The notes under the pieces are model-generated. The model was given only the letters and a program-made list of their open reading frames with translations. It did not search any database and had not been told where the DNA came from. This document shows positions 45,030-59,400 of a stretch of DNA of 64,000 bases, in pieces. The stretch lies in contig NIVC01000568.1 in assembly GCA_002269645.1 (NCBI GenBank), positions 310,001 through 374,000 on the forward strand, read 5' to 3'. Source of the DNA: Macrostomum lignano. Its lineage: Eukaryota. A program made the translations under genes and the position numbers. The first letter of the stretch is position 1. Every line of letters begins with the position of its first letter.

Positions 45030-46070
45030 TGTTCTCATTTAGAATGTTGCTTGTCAAGATTGGCCTTTTTCTAGAAACTTTTCTATTATTGACTGGATAA
45101 CTTTGAGTACATTGGAAAGTAGCTATTAGTGCACAAATACTAATGCAAGCCCATCTAATTGCTCTTTACCCATTTTCCTGCATAAGTAGTTCTTTATGAA
45201 CTTAAATGTCAAAAAAGATTGCTCTCCTTTGGCAGTCAATACTAGCAGCATTGCATAAATTAAAAGAAAATAATGTGTATTTGGGAAACACATCTTGTCA
45301 CAACTGTGTAAACAATCTGTGATAGTAATTGGCCAAGGCATTCCTTCATTCTTATTCTGCCACATGCATTGCCACAAACAAAACTTGGCTTCTACAAACT
45401 CCATCTTGTTGGTAGACAGGTATAGCAGGAAATGAGCCAATGCATTAGCTAAATAAGAAAAGTTATATTTCTTACGACTCATTTAGTAAAAGAGCAAAGA
45501 AACCTCTGGCAATTGCATTAAAATCTTTAAAGCAGTCATTAAAGTTCATAAAAGTATTAAGTCCAAAATGGAATTTAGACATTCAATTGCCAATAGTCCT
45601 TTGAAGTGGATGCTAGAGTATTAGCTCAATGACACTATTTTGCAGTATGTTGTAGAGGCACAATGTCTACTTCTAGATTGGCTAAAATTGTCTCTATTTT
45701 GTCCCAGAGCTAGTCAAATTGCTGACTACTTATCACTTAAAATCTGATTGGCAAGTCCTTTACCACTCGTATCTTCTGCATAAGAAAACTGCAGAAAGTC
45801 TAAAAATGAATAATTATGGACATAGTAAATACAAATTGTCATCTGCACCTGCCTAGACAAATTTATTGTCTTGTTAGCAAGAATAGACACAAACTCTAAA
45901 TTGTTGATTTTCTCATGTAGCTGATCCAGCACAACTTCACCAAGGCACTCAATCAACTCATTCTAGATCAGCTAGCTGATGTACTTGGCATTCGCAGACC
46001 CATAGTATAGATGCTCTTTGAGATTTTTGTTGCCAATATCAACAAATGCACAAAAAAGTTTGCAAAATAT
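45030..46070 (-). pseudogene. Degraded hAT transposase (THAP12/PRKRIR-ZMYM1-like)
   Basis: LKEHL..NAKYIS..NELIECLGEVV...FVSILANKTINLSRQVQMTICIYYV...FLQF..DTSGKGLANQIL and the C-terminal dimerisation motif CDKMCFPNTHYFLLIYAMLLV...EQSF...IKNYLCRKMGKEQLDGLALVFVH, with stops and an internal deletion. Confidence 0.8.
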
Positions 46071-46716
46071 GCAATTGTTGCACTCTTGCAAGGCCAACAC
46101 TAGTCCATTATCCCAATGGCTACAAAGATCAAAGCCACTTTTGCTACACACTAGAATGGCTGAAGAGAAAAAGAGAAATATGGCTAGATTGGGCTAGCTA
46201 CATTGGCTTTGAATTGAGATGGGACACAGTGTGACTATACAGACAATGGCATATGGCTCTTAAAAGCAGATCAGTTGTGTTCCGATATCAATTCACAAGA
46301 CACCCATTTCTCACAAATCTCACAAAATTGAAGCAAACTACTTGTTTATGGTCAAACTCCAAATGAATAAATTTTCAGCTAGCCATAAAGTGCCAATATA
46401 GCAAGTCTGGAAACTTTATCAGCATCAGCATCCCTTGTATATTATTGGTAGCTTGTAGCACCAGACCGATTATCACTATTTTTCCTAGGAATACCAAGCA
46501 TTAAGTTTAGAGAGATGGATTGATAAATATTGTGACAATCTAGATATACATTAATTTTATCTTCAATGCTAACAAAATGGCCAATTGTGTTGACAAGCCA
46601 AAAGTGAAAAAATTCAATGGTTAATATTTTCAGTTCATCCAGCTTGACAAAATTACGCACTAACTGTGAATTTACATTTTCAAGTTTCAATTCATTGACC
46701 CCTGTCAGTGCACGCG

Positions 46717-49405
<2,689 letters not shown>

Positions 49406-49489
49406 CGGGAGCTTTGGGTTCTTTGAGACTCTGTGCTTATTGCGTAACTAGGGGATATTCTGCTCATTTGCTAATGGCTTGGGTTGCAC

Positions 49490-50428
49490 CAGACACAATG
49501 ATGCGGTCCAGTTCAATTAGTTCAATTCAGAGAGACACAATGATGCGGTCCAGTTCAATTAGTTCAATTCAGAGAGACACAATGATGCGGTCCAGTTCAA
49601 TTAGTTCAATTCAGAGAGAGACACAATGTGCGGTCCAGTTCAATTAGTTCAATTCAGAGAGACACAATGATGCGGTCCAGTCCAATTAGTTCAATTCAGA
49701 GAGAGACACAATGATGCGGTCCAGTTCAATTAGTTCAATTCAGAGAGACACAATGATGCGGTCCAGTCCAATTAGTTCAATTCAGAGAGAGACACAATGA
49801 TGCGGTCCAGTTCAATTAGTTCAATTCAGAGAGAGACACAATGATGCGGTCCAGTCCAATTAGTTCAATTCAGAGAGAGACACAATGATGCGGTCCAGTT
49901 CAATTAGTTCAATTCAGAGAGAGACACAATGATGCGGTCCAGTCCAATTAGTTCAATTCAGAGAGAGACACAATGATGCGGTCCAGTCCAATTAGTTCAA
50001 TTCAGAGAGAGACACAATGATGCGGTCCAGTTCAATTAGTTCAATTCAGAGAGAGACACAATGATGCGGTCCAGTTCAATTAGTTCAATTCAGAGAGACA
50101 CAATGATGCGGTCCAGTCCAATTAGTTCAATTCAGAGAGACACAATGATGCGGTCCAGTCCAATTAGTTCAATTCAGAGAGAGACACAATGATGCGGTCC
50201 AGTTCAATTAGTTCAATTCAGAGAGAGACACAATGATGCGGTCCAGTTCAATTAGTTCAATTCAGAGAGAGACACAATGTGCGGTCCAGTTCAATTAGTT
50301 CAATTCAGAGAGACACAATGATGCGGTCCAGTCCAATGAGTTCAATTCAGAGAGAGACACAATGTGCGGTCCAGTTCAATTAGTTCAATTCAGAGAGAGA
50401 CACAATGTGCGGTCCAGTCCAATTAGTT
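49490..50428. repeat. 42-44-bp minisatellite (CACAATGATGCGGTCCAGTTCAATTAGTTCAATTCAGAGAGA)n
   Basis: About 22 units starting about 85 bp after the ALG5 stop. Confidence 0.96.
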
Positions 50429-50837
50429 TAAATAATGTCTCCAAGGTTAAGAAAAAGCCTAGTTTCTAAATTATGATAAAAATACTTTTCTAACATAAAC
50501 TAAATTAATAGTCATATCATAAACTGTTTATTAATTATATATAATTTTAATTCACAATCTTAGGGCAATGTGGCCTAGAGCTCTCATGTGTCTGACATTC
50601 TAGAACAAATTTTATTGGCGATGCACTATTAGTTAAAGAGCGCATTCCTATCTATTGCCTGCTATGATCTTCTATTAATTAACCACTTCTTTTTTTATTC
50701 TTTTAAAGCCGTCACTATATTTGGCTAGTCAGACTCTGCTGTTAATGCTTATACAATTGAGAGCTGCTTGTGTTTTTCTCACTTCTATGCTTTACCCTGC
50801 TGTGCTGTTAAATTAGATTTTTTATTTAAAACTTTAG

Positions 50838-51292
50838 GAGTCCCAGTTCTATAGCTTCAGCATCCCAGTTCCATAGCTTCAGAATCCCAATTCTATAGCT
50901 TCAGCACCCCAGTTCCATAACTTCAGAATCCCAGTTCCATAACTTCAGAATCCCAGTTCCATAACTTCAGAATCCCAGTTCCATAACTTCAGAATCCCAG
51001 TTCCATAATCTCAGAATCCCAGTTCCACAGCTTCAGAATCCCAGTTCCACAGCTTCAGAATCCCAGTTCCACAGCTTCAGCATCCCAGTCCCATAACTTC
51101 AGAATCCCAGTTCCATAATCTCAGAATTCCAGTTCCACAGCTTCAGAATCCCAGTTCCACAGCTTCAGAATCCCAGTTCCACAGCTTCAGCATCCCAGTT
51201 CCATAGCTTCAGCATCCCAGTTCCATAGCTTCAGCATCCCAGTTCCATAGCTTCAGCATCCCAGTTCCATAGCTTCAGCATCCCAGTTCCAA
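50838..51292. repeat. 22-bp minisatellite (CCCAGTTCCATAGCTTCAGCAT)n
   Basis: About 21 units. Confidence 0.95.
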
Positions 51293-51789
51293 TAGTTTTG
51301 TTTCCTAAGTTATTCTTTTTATCTTGTCGTCAAACAAAAATTTTTTACGATCTGTTTCATTTCTTCTCTAAAGCAGATGCTGTCCGGTTTGCATAGCTTC
51401 TTCATCATAGTGCTGATACTCTGTCCTTGCGTAGCTGTTTATCTGTTATTTCCTTTGTTCTTCTCTGTTCAAACTTTGATTGGATGCGTTGCTTCTGACT
51501 CTTGCTTGGGTGTTATATAATTCTATTTCTGCTCTTTGCTAAATAGCAGTGGCCCCTGGTTGTGTTATAACCTCTATTACACTATGCCATGCTAAATTTA
51601 TGTTTATTGAAGCATTAACAGTAAAATATAATAAAAGAAATTAATTTGTATTTTGCATAACCGGAATACAATTACTGATATGGCGCTATTGATGGCTTTA
51701 ACTAATAATTCAGTAACACTTGAGAGCAATTGAGTTCTTTATTTATATTCGATTTAAAATCAGGATGTTTTTTTATTTAAACCGGTGTT

Positions 51790-52290
51790 AAACAGGTGCC
51801 ACTATGACCCAGGGTAGAACAGGTGTCACTATGACCCAGGGTTGAACAGGTGTCACTATGACCCAGGGTAGAACAGGTGTCACTATGACCCAGGGTAGAA
51901 CAGGTGTCACTATGACCCAGGGTTGAAGAGGTGTCACTATGACCCAGGGTAGAACAGGTGTCACTATGACCCAGGGTAGAACAGGTGTCACTATGACCCA
52001 GGGTTGAAGAGGTGTCACTATGACCCAGGGTTGAACAGGTGTCACTATGACCCAGGGTAGAACAGGTGTCACTATGACCCAGGGTTGAACAGGTGTCACT
52101 ATGACCCAGGGTTGAACAGGTGTCACTATGACCCAGGGTAGAACAGGTGTCACTATGACCCAGGGTTGAAGAGGTGTCACTATGACCCAGGGTTGAACAG
52201 GTGTCACTATGACCCAGGGTAGAACAGGTGTCACTATGACCCAGGGTTGAACAGGTGTCACTATGACCCAGGGTTGAACAGGTGTCACTA
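51790..52290. repeat. 27-bp minisatellite (AACAGGTGTCACTATGACCCAGGGTTG/AG)n
   Basis: About 18 units. Confidence 0.96.
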
Positions 52291-52807
52291 TGACCCAGGG
52301 TTGAACAGGTAATTGCCGTTATTAAAATGTAAAGTACAAATCAGTAATGCTAAATCTCGTATATGTATCATTAAGATTTACCAGGAAGTCCTATCGTCAA
52401 TTAAAGCGGGATGTCTGCTACACAATTTCCCGATAACAATTCAAGTTGCTTGTAAAGACCGCTTAAATACATGGACAGATAAAATTGCAGAATAGCGCTT
52501 GATGCACTCGCGAATCGTGCGAATTATTACTCAAGACTGGCTCACGTTGCTAAGTGCTAATTGGAGAAAAATGAAGTAGGCTATCTCTCATCCCATTCTG
52601 TCAATCCGAACAGTCCAATTCCATTCGCACACGACATGTCAACACAGGGGGCCCTGGATCTTCAAATCGTCCGACATTTACAATCTGATCTACTCTGCTT
52701 TGCACTGAGCTACGTGTCAATTTCACTTGCATTTTGGCACAATCTGCGAGTACAGCGTCCTTCCACTTGAGTTGTCGGTCTGTCCATCACTAATCTATCA
52801 GTTCAGG

Positions 52808-55304
52808 TCACGGGCAGTACTTCTTAAAAGCCTCGTCCAGTTCCGGCTTGGTGAGGGCGACGTGGGCCACGCCGAAGCAGGCGAGCCAGCCGCGGTAGCC
52901 GGGCAGCGCGGACTGGAAGGCGTTGCCCAGCACCAGCAGGCTGTCGCGGTCCGGGTAGCGATGGTTCGACGTAGCCGGCGAATGGGACGACGCGTCGACA
53001 CCGTTCCGATAGAAGGTGGCTCGTCCAGTTGACGACATCACGACAGCGCCGCGCAAGCCGGCTGGATCTGGCGAGCCGGCGGAGTCCTTGGCCGGGTCGG
53101 ACTCGTCTCGGAAGTAGCCGGCGCTGCTGTACATGGACAGGTCCGTGCTGCGGGGGTTCTCCACGAGGGCGAGGCCGGGCTCCCCGGCTGGGCCGCTGAC
53201 GTCGGCCAGGAGCGAGTCGTACTCTGCTGGCCGCTGAACGTAGTAGAACAGCGACCAGTCACGGTTCTGCTTCAGCTGCCTATGGAGGATGGAGAGCAGG
53301 AGCAGTGTTTGCCAAGGGGAGCTGGAAGTAGCATGACGCGGATTGCCTAGCATCAATACCCTTTTGGCCATAGACATCCAAAGTCGTTTCATCCTCAGGC
53401 GCTGAAACAAATTAATTACATACACACGTAATGCCGCTGTTCCTACAGAGCAAGGAGTTCTTTAAGTAGTAACTATGTTCTTTGATTGCTAATTTTAGAA
53501 CTCCTTGCTACAGAGGCTCGAGGGACATGTAAGTGGAAACTTCTTTCCCTGCACTCTCTCACCTTGTCAGTGCGCCGCCCTCGGTATCAATCTGAATGCC
53601 CCTCGACCCATTCAGCACGGCGCCCCGCGCGCCTCCGACCAGGACAGCGTCGCCCCAGCTCAGCACCCGGTAGTGGCTGGGCCTGGCCAGGTTGCCTCCG
53701 GGCGAATCCTGACGGCGGAAATCGTAGGCGGCCGGAATTGGCCATTCCGGGGGTGTGGGCGGCTGCGTGGGCGGCTGCGTCGGTGGTTGCGTGGGCGGCT
53801 GCGTCGGTCGCTGCGTCGGCGGCTGCGTCGGCGGGTGTGTCGGTAGTTGCGTGGGCGGCTGCGTCGGTTGCTGCGTCGGCCGCTGCGTCGGCGGCTGTGT
53901 CGGTAGTTGCGTGGGCGGCTGCGTCGGTGGTTGCGTGGGCGGCTGCGTCGGTGGTTGCGTGGGCGGCTGCGTCGGTGGCTGCGTCGGTGGCTGCGTCGGT
54001 GGCTGCGTCGGCGGCTGCGTCGGCGGCTGCGTCGGCGGCTGCGTGGGCGGCAGGCCGGACCTCGGCCGCTTGCAGATGAAGTTCCGCCTCAGATGGCAGG
54101 GTGCAGAGAGCAGGTTCCGGTCGCGCAGCAGCACGCAGTTGGTGACCAAGTCGGTGTTCGGGTGGCCGGCTGCCCAGGCTGGGAAGCCCCGATGATCGCC
54201 GGATCTGTCGGCCCAGTGGTAGCAGATCTGCTGCTTGCGGCCGTTGAAATAGTCGACTCGGCAGGGATTGAGCTTTACCAGGCCCAGCCAGAGCTCCACT
54301 GAGCAGATGGGCTCGCTGAGGTCCAGCAGGCTGAGCAGGCGGAGCTCCGACTCGGTGTGGACAGAAACCACGTGGGCCTGCGGGGGTCGAGTTTGGATCA
54401 GCAACGATGATGGAGGGTCAGAAGGGTAGGTAGTGGGTCAGGATGTCATTGTGGAGAGTCAGGAGGTCAGGGAGTCAGGAGGTCAGGGAGTCAGGAGGTC
54501 AGGGAGTCAGGAGGTCAAGGAGTCAGGAGGTCAGGGAGTCAGGAGGTCAGGGAGTCAGGAGGTCAAGGAGTCAGGTCAGGGAGTCAGGAGGTCAGGGAGT
54601 CAGGAGGTCAGGGAGTCAGGAGGTCAGGGAGTCAGGAGGTCAGGGGGTCAGGGAGTCAGGAGGTCAGTACTCAGTCAGTGGCTGACCTGTCTTCCAGCAC
54701 AGAAGAAATCGGCCTCAATATAAGTGGCCTTGAAGCCGGGTTGCTGGTAGCAATAGTCACCAAAACTGTACCAGCCACTCGGGCACGCAGGCCCTGGCGG
54801 TGGGGGGTTCGAATCGGTCTTAGCCTGCCTGGCAACCGGGGCCTTGCAGACATAGCCCTGCCTGTCGTGATAGAGATTGTTCAGCCAAACCAGATTTTCA
54901 GCAGTCACCAGCGGCTGGTGCGGCGAGTAGAGCTTGGCGAAGTCGTGTCGCTGGAACGCCACGGCAGAACTGCCGTCCGTCCACCGGTAGCTGGCCGAGT
55001 CGTTGAGGCGGTCGGCGTGAGTGCCGTAGCGGCCGAGCCAGGCTGTCCGGCAGTAGGTGAGCCTGCCGACCAAGGTGTTCTCCGTCTGGCTGCCGATGGA
55101 CACCAGGTGGCCGTCCTCGGCTTTGCAGGCCTGCTCGGCGGTGTACCAGTAGTCTGGCGACTCGGTCCAGCGGTAGCAGCTGCCCGAGTGGAGAATCCAG
55201 CCTTCGCTGTTGCTGCCCAAGCTGTCGCACCTGTTCTTGCTGGCTGCCGAGGCTGCCCCTAGAAGCAGCAACAGCAGCGGCACAGAAACTGAAAGAAATT
55301 GCAT
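52808..55304 (-). CDS. Secreted protein, about 634 aa: signal peptide, 2 C-type lectin domains, (PTQP)n stalk, ConA/LamG-like domain; exons 55304-54687, 54377-53563, 53279-52808
   Basis: CTLD motifs: GWILHSGSCY..W..AEQACKAEDGHLVSI..AWLG..YRWTDGS..YVCK and CPSGWYSFGDYCY..FC..AHVVSVH..LWLGL..NCV..FICKR. The C-terminus has LVLGNAF...YRGWLACFGVAHVALTKPEL (LamG-3-like). Splice phases 0 and 2 are consistent. Confidence 0.85.
53755..54050 (-). repeat. Coding 12-bp repeat encoding (PTQP)n
   Basis: More than 20 CCGACGCAGCCR-type units inside exon 2. Confidence 0.93.
54455..54666. repeat. 16-bp minisatellite (CAGGAGGTCAGGGAGT)n in lectin intron 1
   Basis: Direct inspection. Confidence 0.93.
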
Positions 55305-55381
55305 TCTAAAAAAATTCAACTAAGTCAACCTGCTCTCGGGTTTGGCAATTTTTCTGCCCTTTTGAGCTCTCGGCTTTCGCG

Positions 55382-55395
55382 GTTGCCATGGAAAC
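55382..55395. promoter_or_regulatory. RFX X-box GTTGCCATGGAAAC, 78 bp upstream of the lectin-gene ATG
   Basis: Near-canonical X-box palindrome in a promoter-proximal position. Confidence 0.55.
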
Positions 55396-55844
55396 CCGAT
55401 TTCGTCTTATCTGTTTGGTGAGTCGAAAGTTGAAAGAATTCGGCAAGGATTTGAGATAAGAACTGCTCTGTGCAAGCTTTTGCTTCTCATAGCTGAGCTT
55501 CTATCGCCAAAAATTTCACAACTGCTCGAAAAAAACTTTAGAAATCGAATGCGTTCAGGCCGCGGGTTCAAGATAGCGGCATAGCTGGGGCACCCCTTCG
55601 AGCACAGAAAGTCTGACGAAAAACAACAAAAAGACAAATTACACGCCGGATGTCCTGCTAAGCGTAGAAATGTGTTTCACAGGTCTTATCAAAATATTGT
55701 TTTTCACCGGACTGAAGCTCTGCGCTCGATTCTTCTTAAGCTTTTTGGGTTTTTTCTGCTTCATTTCATTTATATTTTGCATAAATGAGTATTGTGTCGC
55801 TCATTAGGTCTTGCATCAGTTAGATCACGCTGCTATAGTAATAT

Positions 55845-56392
55845 ACCGATCATGCATCGGTCATCATATAGATAGGACATGTATCGGTCATATAAACAGG
55901 TCATGTATCGGTCATAGACAGGTCATGTATCGGTCATATAGACAGGTCGTGTATCGGTCATATAGACAGGTCAAGTATCGGTCATATAGACAGATCATGT
56001 ATCGGTCATATAGACAGGTCGTGTATCGGTCATATAGACAGGTCAAGTATCGGTCATATAGACAGGTCATGTATCGGTCATATAGACAGGTCATGTATCG
56101 GTCATATAGATAGGTCATGTATCGGTCATATAGACAGGTCGTGTATCGGTCATATAGACAGGTCATGTATCGTTCATATAGACAGTTCATATATCGGTCA
56201 TAGACAGGTCATGTATCGGTCATATAGACAGGTCATGTATCGGTCATATAGACAGGTCATGTATCGGTCATATAGACAGGTCATGTATCGGTCATATAGA
56301 CAGGTCGTGTATCGGTTATATAGACAGGTCAAGTATCGGTCATATATACAGATCATGTACCGGTCATAGCCAGATAGATCATGTATCGGTCA
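55845..56392. repeat. 24-bp minisatellite (TCATGTATCGGTCATATAGACAGG)n
   Basis: About 23 units beginning just past the ankyrin-gene stop. Confidence 0.95.
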
Positions 56393-56409
56393 TTGGCATC
56401 TCATTTCTA

Positions 56410-59400
56410 CTACTTGTCCATCCAAGCGTCGCCCCGTTGAAAAATCGAACCCCTGGCTGACACCAACGCTGCAAACCGGCCGGCCAGAATCTTCTCCATC
56501 AGCTCGAGCTCATCGGGCGACTCCGAGCGCGCCAGAATGCGCACCCGCCAGGTCCTGCTGCTCGCCTTCGCTTCGTCATCAACGCCGTTTTCCTCCTCCT
56601 CGGCCAGGAGCCGCCGGCTGCTGCGGCACTTCTTGAGGTGCTGCGCCACCAGCTTCCGAGGTCCGGGCAGCTTCGGGCTGGCCTCCGTCAGCTCCCGGCA
56701 CCAGTCGCCCACAGTCGGGCAGTTCGCCACCGCCGACGCCGCAGTCAGACGTCGAATGAGCAGGTGAGCTGCGCACTGACGGCAGCTGAGGCTGACCACG
56801 GCATTGGTGCAGCCGCACTCGAAGCTGCCGCTGCCGCCACTGCCAACGCTGCTGGCATCGTCTTTTTTGCTGTCGTCTTTTTATTTGTTTTGCGCACTAC
56901 TGCCAGTAGTGCAGTTTGTCTCGCCACGACAGCCGCAACCGAACGGACTGCGCAACGGGGCTGTTGGTGCACGTTTCCTTGGTGATATGCGAGCGACTCG
57001 CGCTTGAGTGCTGAAACTCAGATCGGGGCAGTGTCTGTCAGATCGGGGCAGTGTCTGTCAGATCGGGGCAGTGTCAGTCAGATCGGGGCAGGGTCTGTCA
57101 GATCGGGGCAGTGTCTCTCAGATTGGGGCAGGGTCTGTCAGATCGGGGCAGTGTCTGTCAGATCAGGGCAGTGTCTCTCAGATCGGGGCAGTGTCTCTCA
57201 GATTGGGGCAGGGTCTGTCAGATCGGGGCAGGGTCTGTCAGATTGGGGCAGTGTCTGTCAGATCAGGGCAGTGTCAGTCAGATCGGGGCAGTGTCTCTCA
57301 GATTGGGGCAGGGTCTCTCAGATTGGGGCAGGGTCTGTCAGATCGGGGCAGGGTCTCTCAGATTGAGGCAGTGTCTGTCAGATCAGGGCAGTGTCTGTCA
57401 GATCGGGGCAGTGTCTCTCAGATTGGGGCAGGGTCTGTCAGATCGGGGCAGGGTCTCTCAGATTGGGGCAGTGTCTGTCAGATCAGGGCAGTGTCAGTCA
57501 GATCGGGGCAGTGTCTCTCAGATTGGGGCAGGGTCTCTCAGATTGGGGCAGGGTTTGTCAGATCGGGGCAGGGTCTCTCAGATTGAAGCAGGGTCTGTCA
57601 GATCAGGGCAGTGTCTGTCAGATCGTGGCAGTGTCTGTCAGATCGAGGCAGGGTCTGTCAGATCAGGGCAGTGTCTGTCAGATCGGGGCAGTGTCTGTCA
57701 GATCGGGTGAGTCTGTAAAAGTCTGTAAAATTGTCTGTAAGAGTCTGTAAGAGTCTGTAAAAGAGCCTGCAAGGGGCTCACCTGTCCTCCGCCGGCTTCC
57801 AGCTTCTGGCCGCCGCCCGCAACAGCCGTGCCATGCCCGACTTTCCGCAGGACGAAGGCAGCGCGGCCGCGGTCAGCTCGGCCACCTTGGCAGCTTCGGC
57901 AGCCGCCTCGGCAGTCGACCCGGCCGTCAGCAGCAGCCGCACGATCCGGATGCTGCCGCGCCAGGACTCCGCGGCCAGCGACATCGGCGTCCGGCCTTCA
58001 GCCGACCGTCTGTCCGGCTGACAGGACGGGTGGGACAGCAGCTCCGCGGCCACCCGCAAGGAGTTCTTGTCCGCCGACTGGTGCAGCGGCGTCCAGCCGG
58101 AGTCGTCAAAAACGTCGGGATCGGCGCCGGCTGCCAGCAGCTCGGCGGCGGCATCGGCGGAGGCGTCACCGCCAAGGGCGCAGTAGTGCAGCGGCGTCCA
58201 GCCGTTGTCGCCGCGGCACTCAGCTAACGAGGAGGCGGGCAGCAGCTGCAGCAGCTCACGGACTGCGGCGGCAGCGGCAGATCCGCCGAGGCGAAGGCCG
58301 TCGCCGAGGCGCGACGCTTCTCGACGACTCAGTGGCTGAGCCTGTGGTGCAACAGGTCAGAGCGGGTGGACTCGAGAAGAGGTCAGAGCGGGTAGACTCG
58401 AGAAGAGATCAGAGCGGGTAGACTCGAGAAGAGATCAGAGCAGGTAGACTCGAGAAGAGATCAGAGCGGGTAGACTCGAGAAGAGATCAGAGCAGGTAGA
58501 CTCGAGAAGAGATCAGAGCGGGTGGACTCGAGAAGAGATTAGAGCGGGTAGACTCGAGAAGAGATCAGAGCGGGTAGACTCGAGAAGAGATTAGAGCGGG
58601 TGGACTCGAGAAGAGATCAGAGCAGGTAGACTCGAGACGAGATTAGAGCGGGTAGACTCGAGAAGAGATTAGAGCGGGTAGACTCGAGAAGAGATTAGAG
58701 CGGGTAGACTCGAGAAGAGATTAGAGCGGGTGGACTCGAGAAGAGATCAGAGCGGGTAGACTCGAGAAGAGATCAGAGCGGGTGGACTCGAGAAGAGATC
58801 AGAGCGGATGGACTCGAGAAGAGATCAGAGCGGGTGGACTCGAGAAGAGATCAGAGCGGGTAGACTCGAGAAGAGATTAGAGCGGGTAGACTCGAGAAGA
58901 GATCAGAGCGGGTAGACTCGAGAAGAGATTAGAGCGGGTAGACTCGAGAAGAGATCAGAGCGGATGGACTCGAGAAGAGATCAGAGCGGATGGACTCGAG
59001 AAGAGATTAGAGCGGGTAGACTCGAGAAGAGATCAGAGCGGGTAGACTCGAGAAGAGATCAGAGCGGGTAGACTCCAGAAGAGATTAGAGCGGGTAGACT
59101 CGAGAAGAGATTAGAGCGGGTAGACTCGAGAAGAGATTAGAGCGGGTGGACTCGAGAAGAGATCAGAGCGGGTAGACTCGAGAAGAGATTAGAGCGGGTA
59201 GACTCGAGAAGAGATCAGAGCGGGTGGACTCGAGAAGAGATCAGAGCGGGTAGACTCGAGAAGAGATTAGAGCGGGTAGACTCGAGAAGAGATCAGAGCG
59301 GGTAGACTCCAGAAGAGATCAGAGCGGGTAGACTCCAGAAGAGATTAGAGCGGGTAGACTCGAGAAGAGATCAGAGCGGGTAGACTCGAGAAGAGATCAG

